From positions 62,374,001 to 62,438,000 of the forward strand of contig CM059438.1 in assembly GCA_030390025.1 (NCBI GenBank): DNA of 64,000 nucleotides. Direction: 5' to 3'. A program made the translations under genes and the position numbers. Positions 39,446-51,739 of this stretch are shown here, piece after piece (position 1 is the stretch's first letter; the number at the start of each line of letters is the position of its first letter). The notes below the pieces were generated by a model. The model did no database searches. It was given only the letters and a program-made list of their open reading frames with translations, and was not told where the DNA came from. Source of the DNA: Squalus acanthias (lineage: Eukaryota).

Positions 39446-41109
39446 GGGCTCAATTTTACCAGCCCTGAGGAGGTGGGTTTGGAGGCGGGTCAGCTGGTAA
39501 AATCGGAAAAAATGGCTTCAGACACCCAACCCGCCTCCATCCTGCCCCCACGCAATTTTCCTGAGTGTCTGTTCAGCTGCTCCCAAACAGACCCGACTCC
39601 AACTGGTGGGACAGGTAGTTAAGGCAATTAAGAGCCTGTTAACTGCCTTGATAATCCTATTTTGACAGAGGTTTCCCATTTTCCTGCCTCTGGCTCCTGT
39701 TTCCCGTCTTGTCAGAAACAGTCCTGCTGCAAGGAGACGAGTTGGTGGAGGACATGATCTGTAGTCATTATTGGTGCAGAACTTTAAAAGCGCTCCTGTA
39801 ACATGGCTGGCATTCAAATGCAACAACTTTGTTGTTGGAGGTTTGGGATAAGATTTTGCAAATCTACTGACCTTGTGACTGGTCAAGCTGATACACATCT
39901 GCTGTTTGAACTGATTGGAATAATTTCAGGCCACTTTGAGTGTGCGCTTGCAAGCTTCTTGCCTCAACTGAAATCTATAACAATGGGATGGGAACCATTT
40001 ACATCCTCTCATCCTGGTCGCCAGATTTGGAGGAAGAGCAGTGTAGCTTAGTGCTGCTGGATGAACAAGTGGCTCAGCACACAGCCTCCTTGGAGGAAGA
40101 GGACGAGAAGGAGGATGAGTGGGAGGACGGGGAGTGACGCCTTGCGGGGCCGGATGTGGCCAATCCAGCAGCAGACGTCCACATTGCTGGCCATCAGGCA
40201 AGGGATGCGCTCATCCATGCCAGATTCGCGTAATCTTACGCTTCAACCACAGGTGACTGGCACATGGAGATGAATATAAGTCCGACATTCTCAAAACCCC
40301 AGGCATCATCTGTCCAATAAACGGTGGTTTGCGCTCGGTGTCACCACCAACATTCTACATGGAAATCACCCTGAGCCCTCACTCTTGAACCTCCATGTCC
40401 CAGAACACAGAGGCCACACTTTAGGTAATCTCAGCAGATCATTAAACCTTTTTCCACACTGAACCCATGTGCGTCTGCACACAGACCTCGAGCTCACCAC
40501 CTCAGCAATTTGCAGCCAAGCTGCCTTGGTTTGCTGAGGAGGCCTCCTCCTTCCGTTTCCAGGGAAGAAGAGCTCCTGACGTCCTCTAACTCCCTCAACA
40601 AGAGCATGGAGAGAGCCCTCATTGAACCTGGGTGCAGCCTTAGTTATTGGGGCTGCCGTTCCTGCAGCAGCCAGCACCTTTACGAGAAAAAAGCATTAAT
40701 ATCACTAAGCCAATGATTGGAACAAATCTGGCATCTTTTTCATTTCATAGTCAGATTATAAATTGATATATACAAAAAATCATAAAAATCTTTCTGGAAA
40801 AATATGACCAGCAATTTCATTCATTAAATTTTGTTCAGAACAGACGCTGTCGACTCCCCTTTCTATATCTTACAGGACCAAACCATCAAATTGACATTTT
40901 TCCCAAAGGGGACATGGACCCTTTAAATTCTCATCCAAACAACGCGTCATCAGACGCAAGAAACTGGCAACCTCTAAGCAATTGCCTGGAGGGAACCGCA
41001 CGTCGGCCGTAACGAGGCCAATTAGCGCAAAATCGTAAGTTGTAGGAGGCGGAAAGCCTCTGAGTAGCGGACCCGCACTCAAGCCGCCTCCATTAGGAAA
41101 ATCGCGGCC
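39446..41109. mobile_element. PIF/Harbinger deletion derivative carrying a Myb/SANT gene remnant
   Basis: AAA 3-bp TSD restores the CR1 sequence acacAAAgagtctgc. Ends GGGCTCAATTTT and AAAATCGCGGCC. Myb remnant on the minus strand. Confidence 0.85.
40400..40677 (-). pseudogene. Myb/SANT-like (trihelix) DNA-binding domain of the Harbinger accessory protein
   Basis: PRFNEGSLHALVEGVRGRQELFFP..TKAAWLQIAEVVSS..RTWVQCGKRFNDL fits the MSANTD/Harbinger Myb pattern. Confidence 0.8.
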
Positions 41110-41891
41110 AAAGAGTCTGCAAAGGGATATAGATAGACTAAGTGAGTGGGCAGTAAGGTGGCAGATGGAGTTTAATGCAGGGAAATGTGAGGTTATTCAC
41201 TTTGGTAGGAAGAATAGAAAAACAGAATATTTTTTAAATGGTGAGAAACTTTCAAATGTTGGTATTCAGCGAGATTTGGGTGTCCTCATGCAGGAAACAC
41301 AGAAAGCTAGCATGCAGGTACAGCAAACAATAAGGAAGGTAAATGGCATGTTGGCCTTTATTGCAAGGGGGTTGGAGTATAAGAGTAAGGAAATCTTGCT
41401 ACAATTGTACAGGGCCTTGGTGAGACCACACCTGGAGTACTGTGCACAGTTTTGGTCTCCTTATCTAAGGAAGGATATACTTGCCTTGGAGGCGGTGCAA
41501 CAAAGGTTCACTAGGTTGATTCCTGGGATGAGAAGGCTGTCCTATGATGAGAGATTGTGTAGAATGGGCCTGTACTCTCTGGAGTTTAGAAGAATGAGAT
41601 TTGATCTCATTGAAACATACAAGATTCTGAAGGGGATTGACAGGGTAGATGCTGGGAGGTTGTTTCCCCTGGCTGGAGTATCTAGAACTAGGGGGCATAG
41701 TCTCAGGATAAGGGGTAGGCCATTTAAGACCAAGATGAGGAGGAATTTCTTCACTCAGAGGGTTGTGAATCTTTGGAATTCCCTGCCCCAGAGGGCTGTG
41801 AATGCTGAGTCTTTGAGTATATTCAAGGCTGAGACAGATAGATTTTTGGACTCTAGGGGAATCAAGGGATATGGAGATCGGGCGGGAAAGT

Positions 41892-41942
41892 GGAGAGAGA
41901 GAAACAGTTAATGTTTCAGATCGATGACTTTTCGTCAGAACC
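41892..41942 (-). mobile_element. PLE terminal fragment with hammerhead motif, fused to CR1
   Basis: Minus strand reads GTT-CTGACGA-A-AAGTC-ATC-GATCT-GAAA-CA-TT-AAC. Confidence 0.65.
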
Positions 41943-43454
41943 CTTTCATCAGCATTCTTACAGTACATCTAATTTTTCTATAAATTATTTCTGTCATCTC
42001 CTTTTCTACTATTATAATCCACCTTCTAATAACTGTTGGTCACCATGTGTCAATATTGCTACTCCCCAGCAGGACTCATTTTGAACAAAGTTCTACATAT
42101 ATTCTGATTGTAGCCATGTATCGAGAAATATTTTCATATTTTTAATTGTGCATAGCTTTGCTTCAAATTCTTTACTCCTAATACTCCTTGCATAGGATAA
42201 AAGCACCCAAACTGCTCCTTGAGCACATTTTTCTCTCTCAATTTAAGTATGTCCAGTGAAAATACTCCTGTATTGCTGTCACGTTGCAGATAATTAATTG
42301 GATTTATCCAACTCACAACCCCTAATTAACCAGCTTAAATTGAATCCCTTCCAGAGGCAGCACAACTTTGACAGTTTCCATAATATTTTCTTCATAATTG
42401 CAAATCCAGTCCCAGTGCAAGCTGGACGGATGGCGTGGGTTACAGAAGGTTGTCGGAATGTTTGGATTTGGAGATGCTTTCTGCCATAATCTTAGCAATA
42501 ATTGAAACACTGACAAAAGGCATCAGTAAAAAGGCAGTAATCTTCAGCATTCCATTCAATCCATAACGGGAATCAATCCATCGTTTAGTAGATTGTTTGG
42601 TAAAGGGTATCATTTTGCAAAACCTTTGCCCTCATATCACTCAAAATGCTTTTTTGCATTGGCACTTACTCTAAAAGTCTGACTGGAGTAACAATAAGCA
42701 TTACAGGAGTATCACCACCTCACCAGGGACCTGACTTCAAGGCTGTGTGCTCATGTTGATCACAACAGAAACTTTGTGCTGCTGCAGATATATTGGCTGC
42801 ACTGCAAACCACGTCATTGTAGCTTTTTGTTTTGCTTTGATTAACATGGTGGTGGTGCAAACTGGATCGGTAGCAAAATTTCATGATAGTATCGCCAATA
42901 CATTGTCACGCTGCATTTTCCTTCTAACAAGGTCAGTCAGATAAGTTCTTTGCCTTGACACTGGCTATTTAGATATTCTGGAAGCTAAAAACAAAATAGT
43001 ACAGTATAGGATAAATCTTGTAATACAGTCTCAACAATGTTCTCGACAAAAACACACAAGCCTAATCTACAGCAAGTTAGAGAGCAATAGTTTAATTTGT
43101 TAAATCCACATATTGGTTGCATTGTGTCAATCCAAGCTGGTAATCAGTTTATTGAACAGGCTTGTCTTTGGGCTAGTAACATAATGGTAGGAAACCAATG
43201 GGAAAGGCTTTCAAATTCATTCCATTTTGCCAGCTACGGAAGTAGCTTAGTTTCACCTCCCAGTTCAACTCTTCGCACTCTATATTCAACTCCCTTGTAA
43301 CTTGTAAGAATGCCAGAAGTGCATTTATATAACAATTATCGTGTCTCTGAGAAACGTCTCAGAGGTTCACACCAATTACTTTTTGAAGTGCAGCAACCCT
43401 TGTTATGTAGGCAGTCTTGGCAGCCAATTTGCGCACAAGGTCCCACAAAAGAGT

Positions 43455-43836
43455 CAGCTGTGACTCGGTGGATAGCACTCTTGCCTCTGAGTCAGAAGGT
43501 TGTGGGTTCAAGACCCACTCCAGAGACTTGAGCACAAAAATCTAGGCTGACACCCCAATGCGGTGCTGAGGGAGTGCTGCCCTGTCAGAGGTGCTGTCTT
43601 TTGGATGAAGACGTTAAACCGAGGCCCTGTCTGATCTCTCAGCTGGATGTAAAAGATCCCATGGCACTATTTTTCAAAGAAGAGCAGGGGAGTTATCCGC
43701 AGTATCCTGGCCAATATTTATCCCTCGATCAACATAGCAAAAAGCAGATTATTTGGTCATTATCACATTGCTGTTTGTGAGGAGTTTGCTGTGCGCAAAT
43801 TGGCTGCCACGTTTCTTACATTACAACAATGACTAC
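43455..43836 (+). mobile_element. Deu-domain SINE (SacSINE1-like), 3'-truncated by a Harbinger element
   Basis: gagtcagaaggttgtgggttcaag..ggatgtaaaagatcccatggcactatt..aagaagagcaggggag..cctggccaatatttatccctc. Confidence 0.8.
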
Positions 43837-45059
43837 GGCTGGAATTTTGCCGATGCTCAGAGGGCGGGTTCGGAGGCGGGTCCGCTATCGAAATCTAAAA
43901 GATTGACAGCAGGTCGGGATCCCACTCTGAACCCGCCTCCGTGTCAGTTTCCCAAGCGCTTTGCAGACCTTGCACTAAGCGGCTGGTCAGCCAATTGAGA
44001 TAGTTAAGAGTGTCTTTAAAGGTAGTTGAACAGCATTTTACCACCTTCTAGTTATTTTTCCAAATTTTCCACAAGATTCCCGTCACTTGGGGATCACATC
44101 AGGAAAGTGTGTCGGGTTCTCTATGACTCTCCATTGCTGTGAATAGGTGGCAGCTGCAAAAGTGGTATAAAAGCTACCATTTCACAGCTGTTCACTTTCC
44201 AATGTCAGAAGCTTGAGCCTTCAGGATTTGGAAGACCCTTTTGAGCTGTATGCAGTTTGGAAGTGTTTGGAGTAAACTCTCTATCCACTGTCACCTCCTT
44301 GGAACAAGCTCTCTCACCACTGACAGATCGCTTCTGACATCTCAACTTCAGCTGCCATCTATTCCATCAGCATCGGTGCCCTTCAAAAAATCTCACCTTG
44401 GTCCTCAGAATCCCACCACGATCAGCCCCAACACCAACATCACCAGCAACACCAACCTTCTCCGCAATCACCTGATGCTGCACAGGACACAGGGCATCAG
44501 CTTCCCACCACATTGCTGCCCGGGTTGCCAGCAATGGCCTCACCATGGCCAGATTTACTTCACTTGATGCTGTACACCCTGGCTGCCACATGATGCGCCA
44601 GGTTGGCACCACCCACACCAGCACCATAAAGCATCCCTACAATGTCCAAGCCATTCCTTTCACACTCATCACCATTGCGGGGGGGTGGTACCATTCACTG
44701 CAACTCACTAAGCCACTTCCAAAGGTGCACACAAATCTGTCCAAGAACACAAAGTGTTGAAAATAAAGATTTCAATGTTTGATAGCCCATTAACAGAAAC
44801 TTCACATGAACATTAGCTAAACCACCCAAGTGCCTACCCTTGTGTGTTGTTAGTTGGTATGCTTGCAGTAGGATGAGGGTGAGTGTGAGGGGTGGCTAGT
44901 GAGATGGGGAAGTGATAATGTAGATAGAGACGGATGGGTGGAGGTACAAGGTAAGCTGGTGTGAGTAAAGATGTGCAGGAGTAGGGTAGGGAAGGCAGAG
45001 TGATGGGGATATGATGAGTGGCACAGCAGGATGAGGTTGAGTGTGGCTTGGCAGTAATG

Positions 45060-45316
45060 TTTCGTGATCTACTGAGATCATTGAAAGGTTTGCGTCACTG
45101 CAGCCTGGTCCTCCTGACAACATCCCTGCTTGTGCCCTCCTGTGCAATGTGCAACCAGGCTGCATTGGTCTCCTGGGGAGGTGTCTTCCCCCCCCCATTG
45201 GAAGGGAAGAGAACCTCCCTGTGTGCTGTGACTCTCTCCATCAGCATATGGAGGGAGTCATGGGAGAGCCTGAGTGCCGCCATCACCATCTGTCCGTTAA
45301 CCAATTCTCTATCCAT
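45060..45316 (-). pseudogene. Decayed Myb/SANT domain (Harbinger)
   Basis: SLHMLMERVTAHREVLFP..TNAAWLHIAQE..RRTRLQ*RKPFNDL is homologous to the 40400-40677 copy and has an in-frame stop. Confidence 0.75.
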
Positions 45317-45321
45317 GCTAC

Positions 45322-46192
45322 TATATTACCCCCAACCCCCATGAGCCCTAATCTTGTGTAATAACCTTTTATGTGGCACCTTATTGAATGCCTTTAGGAA
45401 ACTCAAATATACTACATCCACTGGTTCCTCTTTATCTACCCTGCTAGTTACATCCTCAAAAAGCTCTAATAAGTTTGTCAAACACAATTTCCCTTTCATA
45501 AAACCATGTTGACTCTGCCTAATCATGTTATGATTTTCTAAGTGACTTGATACCACTTCCTTAACAATGGATTCCAGCATTTTCCCAACGGCTGATGTCA
45601 GGCTAACTGGCCTGTAGTTCCCTGTTTTTTCTCTCCCTCCTTTCTTGAATAGTGGTGTTACATTTGCGACCTTCCAATCCGCTGGGACCATTCCAGAATC
45701 TAGGGAATTTTGGAAGATCAAAACCAATGCATCCACTATCTCTTCAGCCACCATTTTAGAACCCTAGGATGTAGGCCATCAGGTCCAGGGGATTTGTCAG
45801 CTTTTAGTCTCATTAGTTTCTCTAGTACTTTTTCTCTACTTCTATTAATTGCTTTAAGTTCCTCACCCTCATTAGACCCTTGGTTCCCCACCATTTTTGG
45901 TATGCTTTTTGTGTCTTCTACTGTGAAGACAGATACAAAATATTTGTTTAATGTTTCTGCCATTTCCTTATTCTCCATAATAATTTCGCCTGTCTCAGTC
46001 TCTAAGGGACCAACGTTTACTTTTGCTACTCTCTTCCTTTTTACATACTTATAGAAACTCTTACAGTCTGCTTTTAAATTTCTTGCTAATTTTCTCTCCT
46101 ATTCTATTTTTTTCCTTTTTATCAATTTTTTGGTTAACCTTTGCTGGTTTCTGAAACTCTCCCAATCCTCAGGCTTACTATTATTCTTTGCA
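45322..46192 (-). mobile_element. Internal CR1 ORF2 fragment (both ends missing)
   Basis: KSPGPDGLHPR, DWKVANVTPLFKKG, NYRPVSLTS, QHGFMKG. Confidence 0.92.
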
Positions 46193-47059
46193 ATTCTAAT
46201 TGCTGGCTGGGACGCGCTACCGACCCCGGCCGCCCCGGACCCGCCTCGGTCGGCGAAATCTAATTCTAATTAAGTTTCTTGTACAAAGGATCTCGCCAGA
46301 AAATTAACAATTGATGGGTTGTACTATATCACTTCAACACCATATCTTGTCCCTTCCGTCTAGTATTATCCACATGGAAATTGAGTGAGAAATCTGATCT
46401 TATTGTGACTCTCGTAGACCTTGGAAACGATGCATTGTGTTCAAGTTCCTCTGACTGCAGACCTTCTGTGGATTGTTTTGAGACATGAAATGGGTCGACT
46501 GTAACCTTTTAGTTTGCTGTCAATTAAACACTTGTCCATTATGAAGGTCATTGTCTGCTCTGTTGATGGAGATGTGTACAGTAATATGCTATACTCGTGC
46601 AGGAAATTTGTTTTCCTTGTCTTTTGAGGGATAGTTCCCAGGCACTGAATGGAACCTTTTAAACAACTCCCTCTGATTTTGTTCAAGCTTGTGTCAACAC
46701 CTTTCATACTTCTAATTTGAATAAATGAGTCAAGGTTTATTTTGTGTTTACTTTGTTCTATGCAGGAGTTGTATCCTACATAAATGAAAGCTGCTTTTAC
46801 TATGCACAAGACCTGTACTAGTGTGGGCAATTCTCAGAAGTGCAGGTCCTGTGCAGTTGGCTGTAAGTTGAATATAAAACTGCTGGGCTTACTAAGATTG
46901 CCCTCCCGCGAAAACCTACTATAAAAGGTGCGAAATAACAGCCAGTCCTCGTAAGTACCGGTAATTTTGCACAGCCAATTGCATGAGGCCTGTACTGTGG
47001 GAACTGGTGGTACCAGTGGAGGTCCCGAGCAGTGTGAAAGCAGTTTACAACTTGTCTAA

Positions 47060-47565
47060 AGCTCTGCCATCCTCATCCTATCCCCCACTAAGTTCAGTTT
47101 CCCTCTCACCACTGTCCTTGTCAACTTTGAGAGGTCGCACAACACCAGGTTATAGTCCAACAGTTTTATTTGAAATCACAAGCTTTCGGAGCTATCGATT
47201 TGCTCCTTGTCAACTGCCATTGGCTTCTCATCCCCCAGCACATTGAATTCAAGACCCATGTCATCACTTACAAGACTCACCATGGCCTCATCCCTCCTTA
47301 CTTTTCCAACCTCCTTTGGCCCTAGGTATCAGCAAGTGCCTTCCACTCTTATGACTCTGGCCTCCTATGCATCCTTTTTCAGCTAGCTTGGCCCCACACT
47401 CTGGAAAGATCTTCCTAAACCCCTCTGCCTTCCTACCCCTCTCCAAAAATTTACTCAAAACCCATCTCTTTGATTTGCCTCCACTTCTGCCACTGCTCGC
47501 CATCTGCTGTTGCCTCTGTGAGGCACCTTTGGCTGTTTTACTTAATTAACGGTCCTATTTAAATG
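47060..47565 (+). mobile_element. Old L2 3' fragment
   Basis: ccattggcttc..ttgaattcaag..tacaagactcaccatggcctc..tcaaaacccatctctttga, decayed L2 3' motifs. Confidence 0.65.
47127..47203 (-). mobile_element. 77-bp PLE terminal mini-insertion with 12-bp TSD
   Basis: TCCTTGTCAACT at 47115-47126 and 47204-47215. The insert is the reverse complement of the PLE terminus at about 19160-19228. Confidence 0.85.
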
Positions 47566-47569
47566 GTTC

Positions 47570-47965
47570 CCCATTGGTTCAAGGAGTGAATGCATTGTGT
47601 GGTGTGATGATGGATCTTGCATACTGATCAAGAAGGTCTCTGGTTCAGTACTCGATCTGTGCTAAATTAGCTGATCTCTGCTGAGTTGGCCATAGGGTCT
47701 CCTAGAATTGGCTTGTGTTCCAGGCTATGGAGCAGAAACATCAGCCAGGGTTCCTGCTCCTAACTGCTGTCTAGTGGTCCCTGCTGGAAAAGTTAAGTGA
47801 GGACAAACCCTGCTTGGCTATGATAGTCTCCACAGGCTAACAGCCTGCCAGACTTAATATCAAATATGAAGAATGGTCACTTAGGCAAGGTGCCAGAGGG
47901 TTGCCAGCACTGGTGAAGCTGTACTGGAACATGAATTGCCACCTTCAGGAGAGAGAGTGGTGGGA
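47570..47965 (+). mobile_element. AmnSINE2-like SINE, near full length
   Basis: tctgtgctaaattagctgatctc..catcagccagggttcctgctcct..cctgctggaaa..atgaagaatggtcactt..accttcaggagag. Confidence 0.6.
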
Positions 47966-50144
47966 ACAGTAATCGGCATCCATGGGCAAAGTTCTCTGTG
48001 GCTTAGGGTTCCAAGATCTCAAAGCTCTGTTCTGTTCCAAGTGAGTCACCTTACCCCTGCCTCAAATTTACCTTCTCTGGATCTACAATGGTAGAGTCTG
48101 TCATCTGGAATGCTTTCTGCCCCTGGCAGGTGGAGGCAAATTGATCACTGAGAATATGGGAAAGGCAGTCAAGGAAATAAAATCAAGAGAAACAAACTGA
48201 AAACTGTTGTTGAGGAAGTTAAAGAAACCAGGCTAAACAAACAAGGCTGCCTTTGTCTAACTGTTCAACAACCATAATCAGTAAATGATTGTTCCAGTAA
48301 TCCAGATGAGATCAGGTAATGATGAGGCCTACCTGCCATCAGCAGTTGATGCATTTGATGAGATTCTGCATCGATCAGATGAAACCTGATGTCAGCTGGG
48401 ATTATATAGTGCAATTGCTGTGTAACATCCTATATTAAAAGGACCAATTTAATCAAGCAATTTCTGTCTGCATCACTGTTTCTATAGTCTTTATTTAAAA
48501 GCCTATGAAGAAGCTGGTTATGTAGTATTGCATTTGTGCCTCAGTCTGTTCAATGCCTTATGCTGATGGTGACTCCAGAACGCTGCAATATACAGGAGAC
48601 CTGCTGTTCCGTCGTGCTGCGCCCTCAACTCTTGTTAATGTAACGAGAGCACATCTGTTCACAACGGTGAATCTCAATCATATACAATAAGACTACTGCT
48701 GCCCTTTTAAGTCACCGTAACTGAATCCCCTGCATATAGATTTACAGCTTACAGCTGTCTGTGGATCTGCCTGTCTTTATTTTAAACTGCAGATAAAGCT
48801 TCCCTGAAAGCTTAGTTGGTAAATGCACTAGTTCAGTACCTGGAACAGCCAACCTGAAAACAACACCAATATGTTAGTCGCTAGGACCAGCAGGCAGTAT
48901 ATCTGATGGAGGGATGGGATACAGTTTCTTCTGCCACACAATTTATGATTGTCTTCGCCTGGGAAGGGAGGAAAACCGGGCAGTTAGTTTCTGCGGTCTG
49001 TTTTCACACACCTCCACCTTTTCCTGAACAGTTGCACAGCTGCATTGAGTATTGGGTGTAGAATGGTTTCTTCTTCAGTAAATTGTCAGTCATACTTGGG
49101 AGTTGGGAGAGGAAAAGTGAAATGAATAAAGGCTTTTGTGGGTTACAGTATAGACCCAGTGTCCACTAAGTGCTACTGACCCTGCCTTCGACATCAGTGG
49201 AATTGGTGTAGAGTCAGAGGAGAAAAGTGTTTCTTGTGATCGGAACCACTCATTTACTTTCCAAATGTAGATTTTGAAATGTTTGTTTCTGTTCTTTATT
49301 ACACTATTTCTGTTTCCTACACTTTCTCTCTTCAGTTAAACTGAAAACTTCTCGTTTCCTCTCTTCTCATTTACACAATATCCAATTTTAAAGTTTATTA
49401 TATGATTGCATCAAATTCAAGCCATTTAGTGGTGCTGTATGACGTTCAGCAATATATGCTGCAGTTCTCCCTGTTCTGGGATTTCAATGGCATTATTGGA
49501 ATAGGGTCACCTAGAGGCAAGAAAGCAGTACTACAACATATTTCTGAGAAGGATTTTCTGCTGAACCTGGACAAAAAAAAATACTCCTTATGACTAGTAT
49601 TTTTAGCCATTGGGCTATACCCTTGGAATACTACAAAAGGAAGAAATCTGTTGTTTGTTTTATAGGTCCAATAGTTCAAGGGTTGTTGAAATTTGTAGTA
49701 TGATTTGAGCATTAAAGACTAGCTCATATTTGAAACTAAAGTGACAGTGTACCTTACAATATCCTAATATCCTAAACTGGCTCTTGAGATATCCTACACA
49801 ACTGACTATCACAAAGGCCCATTGAACTGTTGGCTCACCAAGAATATATCAAGGACTAAACAATGCACAATTTAATGTACAACTAACTTTTTTTTCATTA
49901 CAGTACTTCTACACAATGAAAGATAAAATTGGTACTTAATCATCGTAAACAGAACAGTACGTTTTTTGTTTTGGAATTATAAAATGCAAAATAAACTATG
50001 TTTAATTTGACATAGCATAACTCAGTTCAGCGTGACAGCCTTATCAGGGCTCAGCTTAATATTCAATTCCAAGGATTACAGTCCTGTTTGGCAAAGCTGA
50101 CCCATTGCAGTTTATATAGCAAAGTAGCAGTGACAGTGTACAAA

Positions 50145-51739
50145 TCTGAATAAAGCAAACTACGTAGGTATGAGGGGCGAGTTGGCTAAGGTAAATTGAG
50201 AAACTAGATTAAAAGATATGACAGTAGATAAGCAATGGCAAACATTTAAAGAATCCATTCATGATTCGCAACAAATATACATTCCCCTAAGGAATAAAAA
50301 CTCCACAGGATTAGTAGTCCAACTGTGGCTAACAAGAGAAGTTAAAGATAGTATTAGATTAAAGGAAGAGGCTTATAATATTGCCAAAAAGAGTAGTAAG
50401 CCTGAGGATTGGGAGGATTTTAGAATTAAGCAAAGGATGAGCAAGAAATTGATAAAGAAAGAGAAAAGAGAATATGAGAGTAAACTAGCAAGAGAAATAA
50501 AAACAGATTGTAAAAGCTTCTATAGATATGTAAAAAGGAAGAGATTAGCGAAAGTAAACATGGGCCCCTTGGAGGCAAAGACAGGAGAAATTATAATGGG
50601 GAATAAGGAAATGGCAGAGACATTAAAAGAATACTTTGGGCTGGATTTTGATACTGGGGCGGGTTGGGGTCGTGTCATCCGCTTTTCGTGTTATCCACCC
50701 GACTGCAATTGGATGTGGGAGATTGATGCAATTTTCACCTAATTGGGCAATTGAGTTCCAGCATGTGGGAACCCATGAACCAATTAGTGTTTTCAGTCTG
50801 AAAGTCGCCTCTGATGATGTCATCATTGCTGCTGCATTGAAGGTCAGAGACTGCCTGGCCTTTGCTGTGAGAGGACCTGGATGCAAAATGAGCAGCAGCT
50901 CTAAGGAGGAGAGAGGAGAGAGAGAGAAGAGAGAGAAAATTTTGAATCCAGGTCCTCTCACAGCAAAGGCCAGGCAGTCTCTCAAGACCTTCAATGCAGC
51001 AGCATCAGAGGCGACTTTCAGACCTAAAACTATTACTACCTTCATCACATCTCCGTTGTAATAGTGGACCTGCAGCTGATAGTCAGCCAGCCAAGTGTGC
51101 TCCCACCAGGTTTCACAATCGTGGTTCAGAACAGGCGTGCTTCACGTAGATCAAGGGTTAAAATCACAAAGGCCTTTCAAAATGGTATTATAGAGCCAAT
51201 TTAGTGCTTGTTAAGGCCCTTAACAACCTATCCCGCCTCTTAAAGGCGGGACGGAGTCGGGACCAGCAGACACGATTTAGTGAAAATTGCGTGGAAGCGG
51301 GATGGAGGCGGACTTGTGCCCGCCCGCCAGTTTTCGCAATTTTAACCCCCCACACGTCTCCACGGGTCAATGAAAATCCAGCCCTTTGTATCTGTCTTCA
51401 CGGTAGAAGACACAAATAACATTCCGGAAATAGTGGGGAACCAAGGGTCTAGTGAGAATGAGGAACTTAAAGGAATTAGTATCAGTCAAGAAATAGTACT
51501 GGAGAAATTAATGGGGCTAAAAGTTGACAAATCCCCTGGACCTAACAGCCTACATCCCGGGTTTTTAAAAGAGGTGGCTACAGAGATAGTGGATGCATTG
51601 GTTTTGATCGTCCAGAATACCCTAGATTTTAGAATGGTCACCGCGGATTGGAAGGTAGCAAACATAACCCCGCTATTCAAGAAAGGAGGGAGAGAGAAAA
51701 TAGAGAAATATAGACCAGTTAGCCTGACAGTAGTAGGAA
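50145..51739 (+). mobile_element. CR1 ORF2 internal fragment split by a MITE
   Basis: ORF 50218 (KSFYRYVKRKR..MAETLKEYF) continues in ORF 51370 (FVSVFTVED..DWKVANITPLFKKG..YRPVSLT) across the insertion. Confidence 0.9.
50638..51384. mobile_element. Harbinger-type MITE (747 bp) with internal long hairpin
   Basis: Perfect TIR GGGCTGGATTTT/AAAATCCAGCCC. TTT TSD at 50635-50637 and 51385-51387. Confidence 0.92.

Larger units (their letters stand above)
38948..41891 (+). mobile_element. CR1 LINE RT region split by a Harbinger-type insertion
   Basis: 38955 frame ([32 protein letters not shown]) continues as ORF 41165-41911 once 39446-41109 is removed. Confidence 0.92.
43837..46266. mobile_element. 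PIF/Harbinger derivative with Myb remnant, containing a CR1 fragment
   Basis: Left end GGCTGGAATTTTGCCGA with GGAGGCGGG/CCCGCCTCC motifs as in 39446. Probable right end TCGGCGAAATCTAATTC. No clean TSD. Confidence 0.6.

Noticed and set aside
50623..51061. Overlapping sense/antisense 141-aa ORFs with shared peptides
   Set aside because: They are an artefact of the internal inverted repeat.
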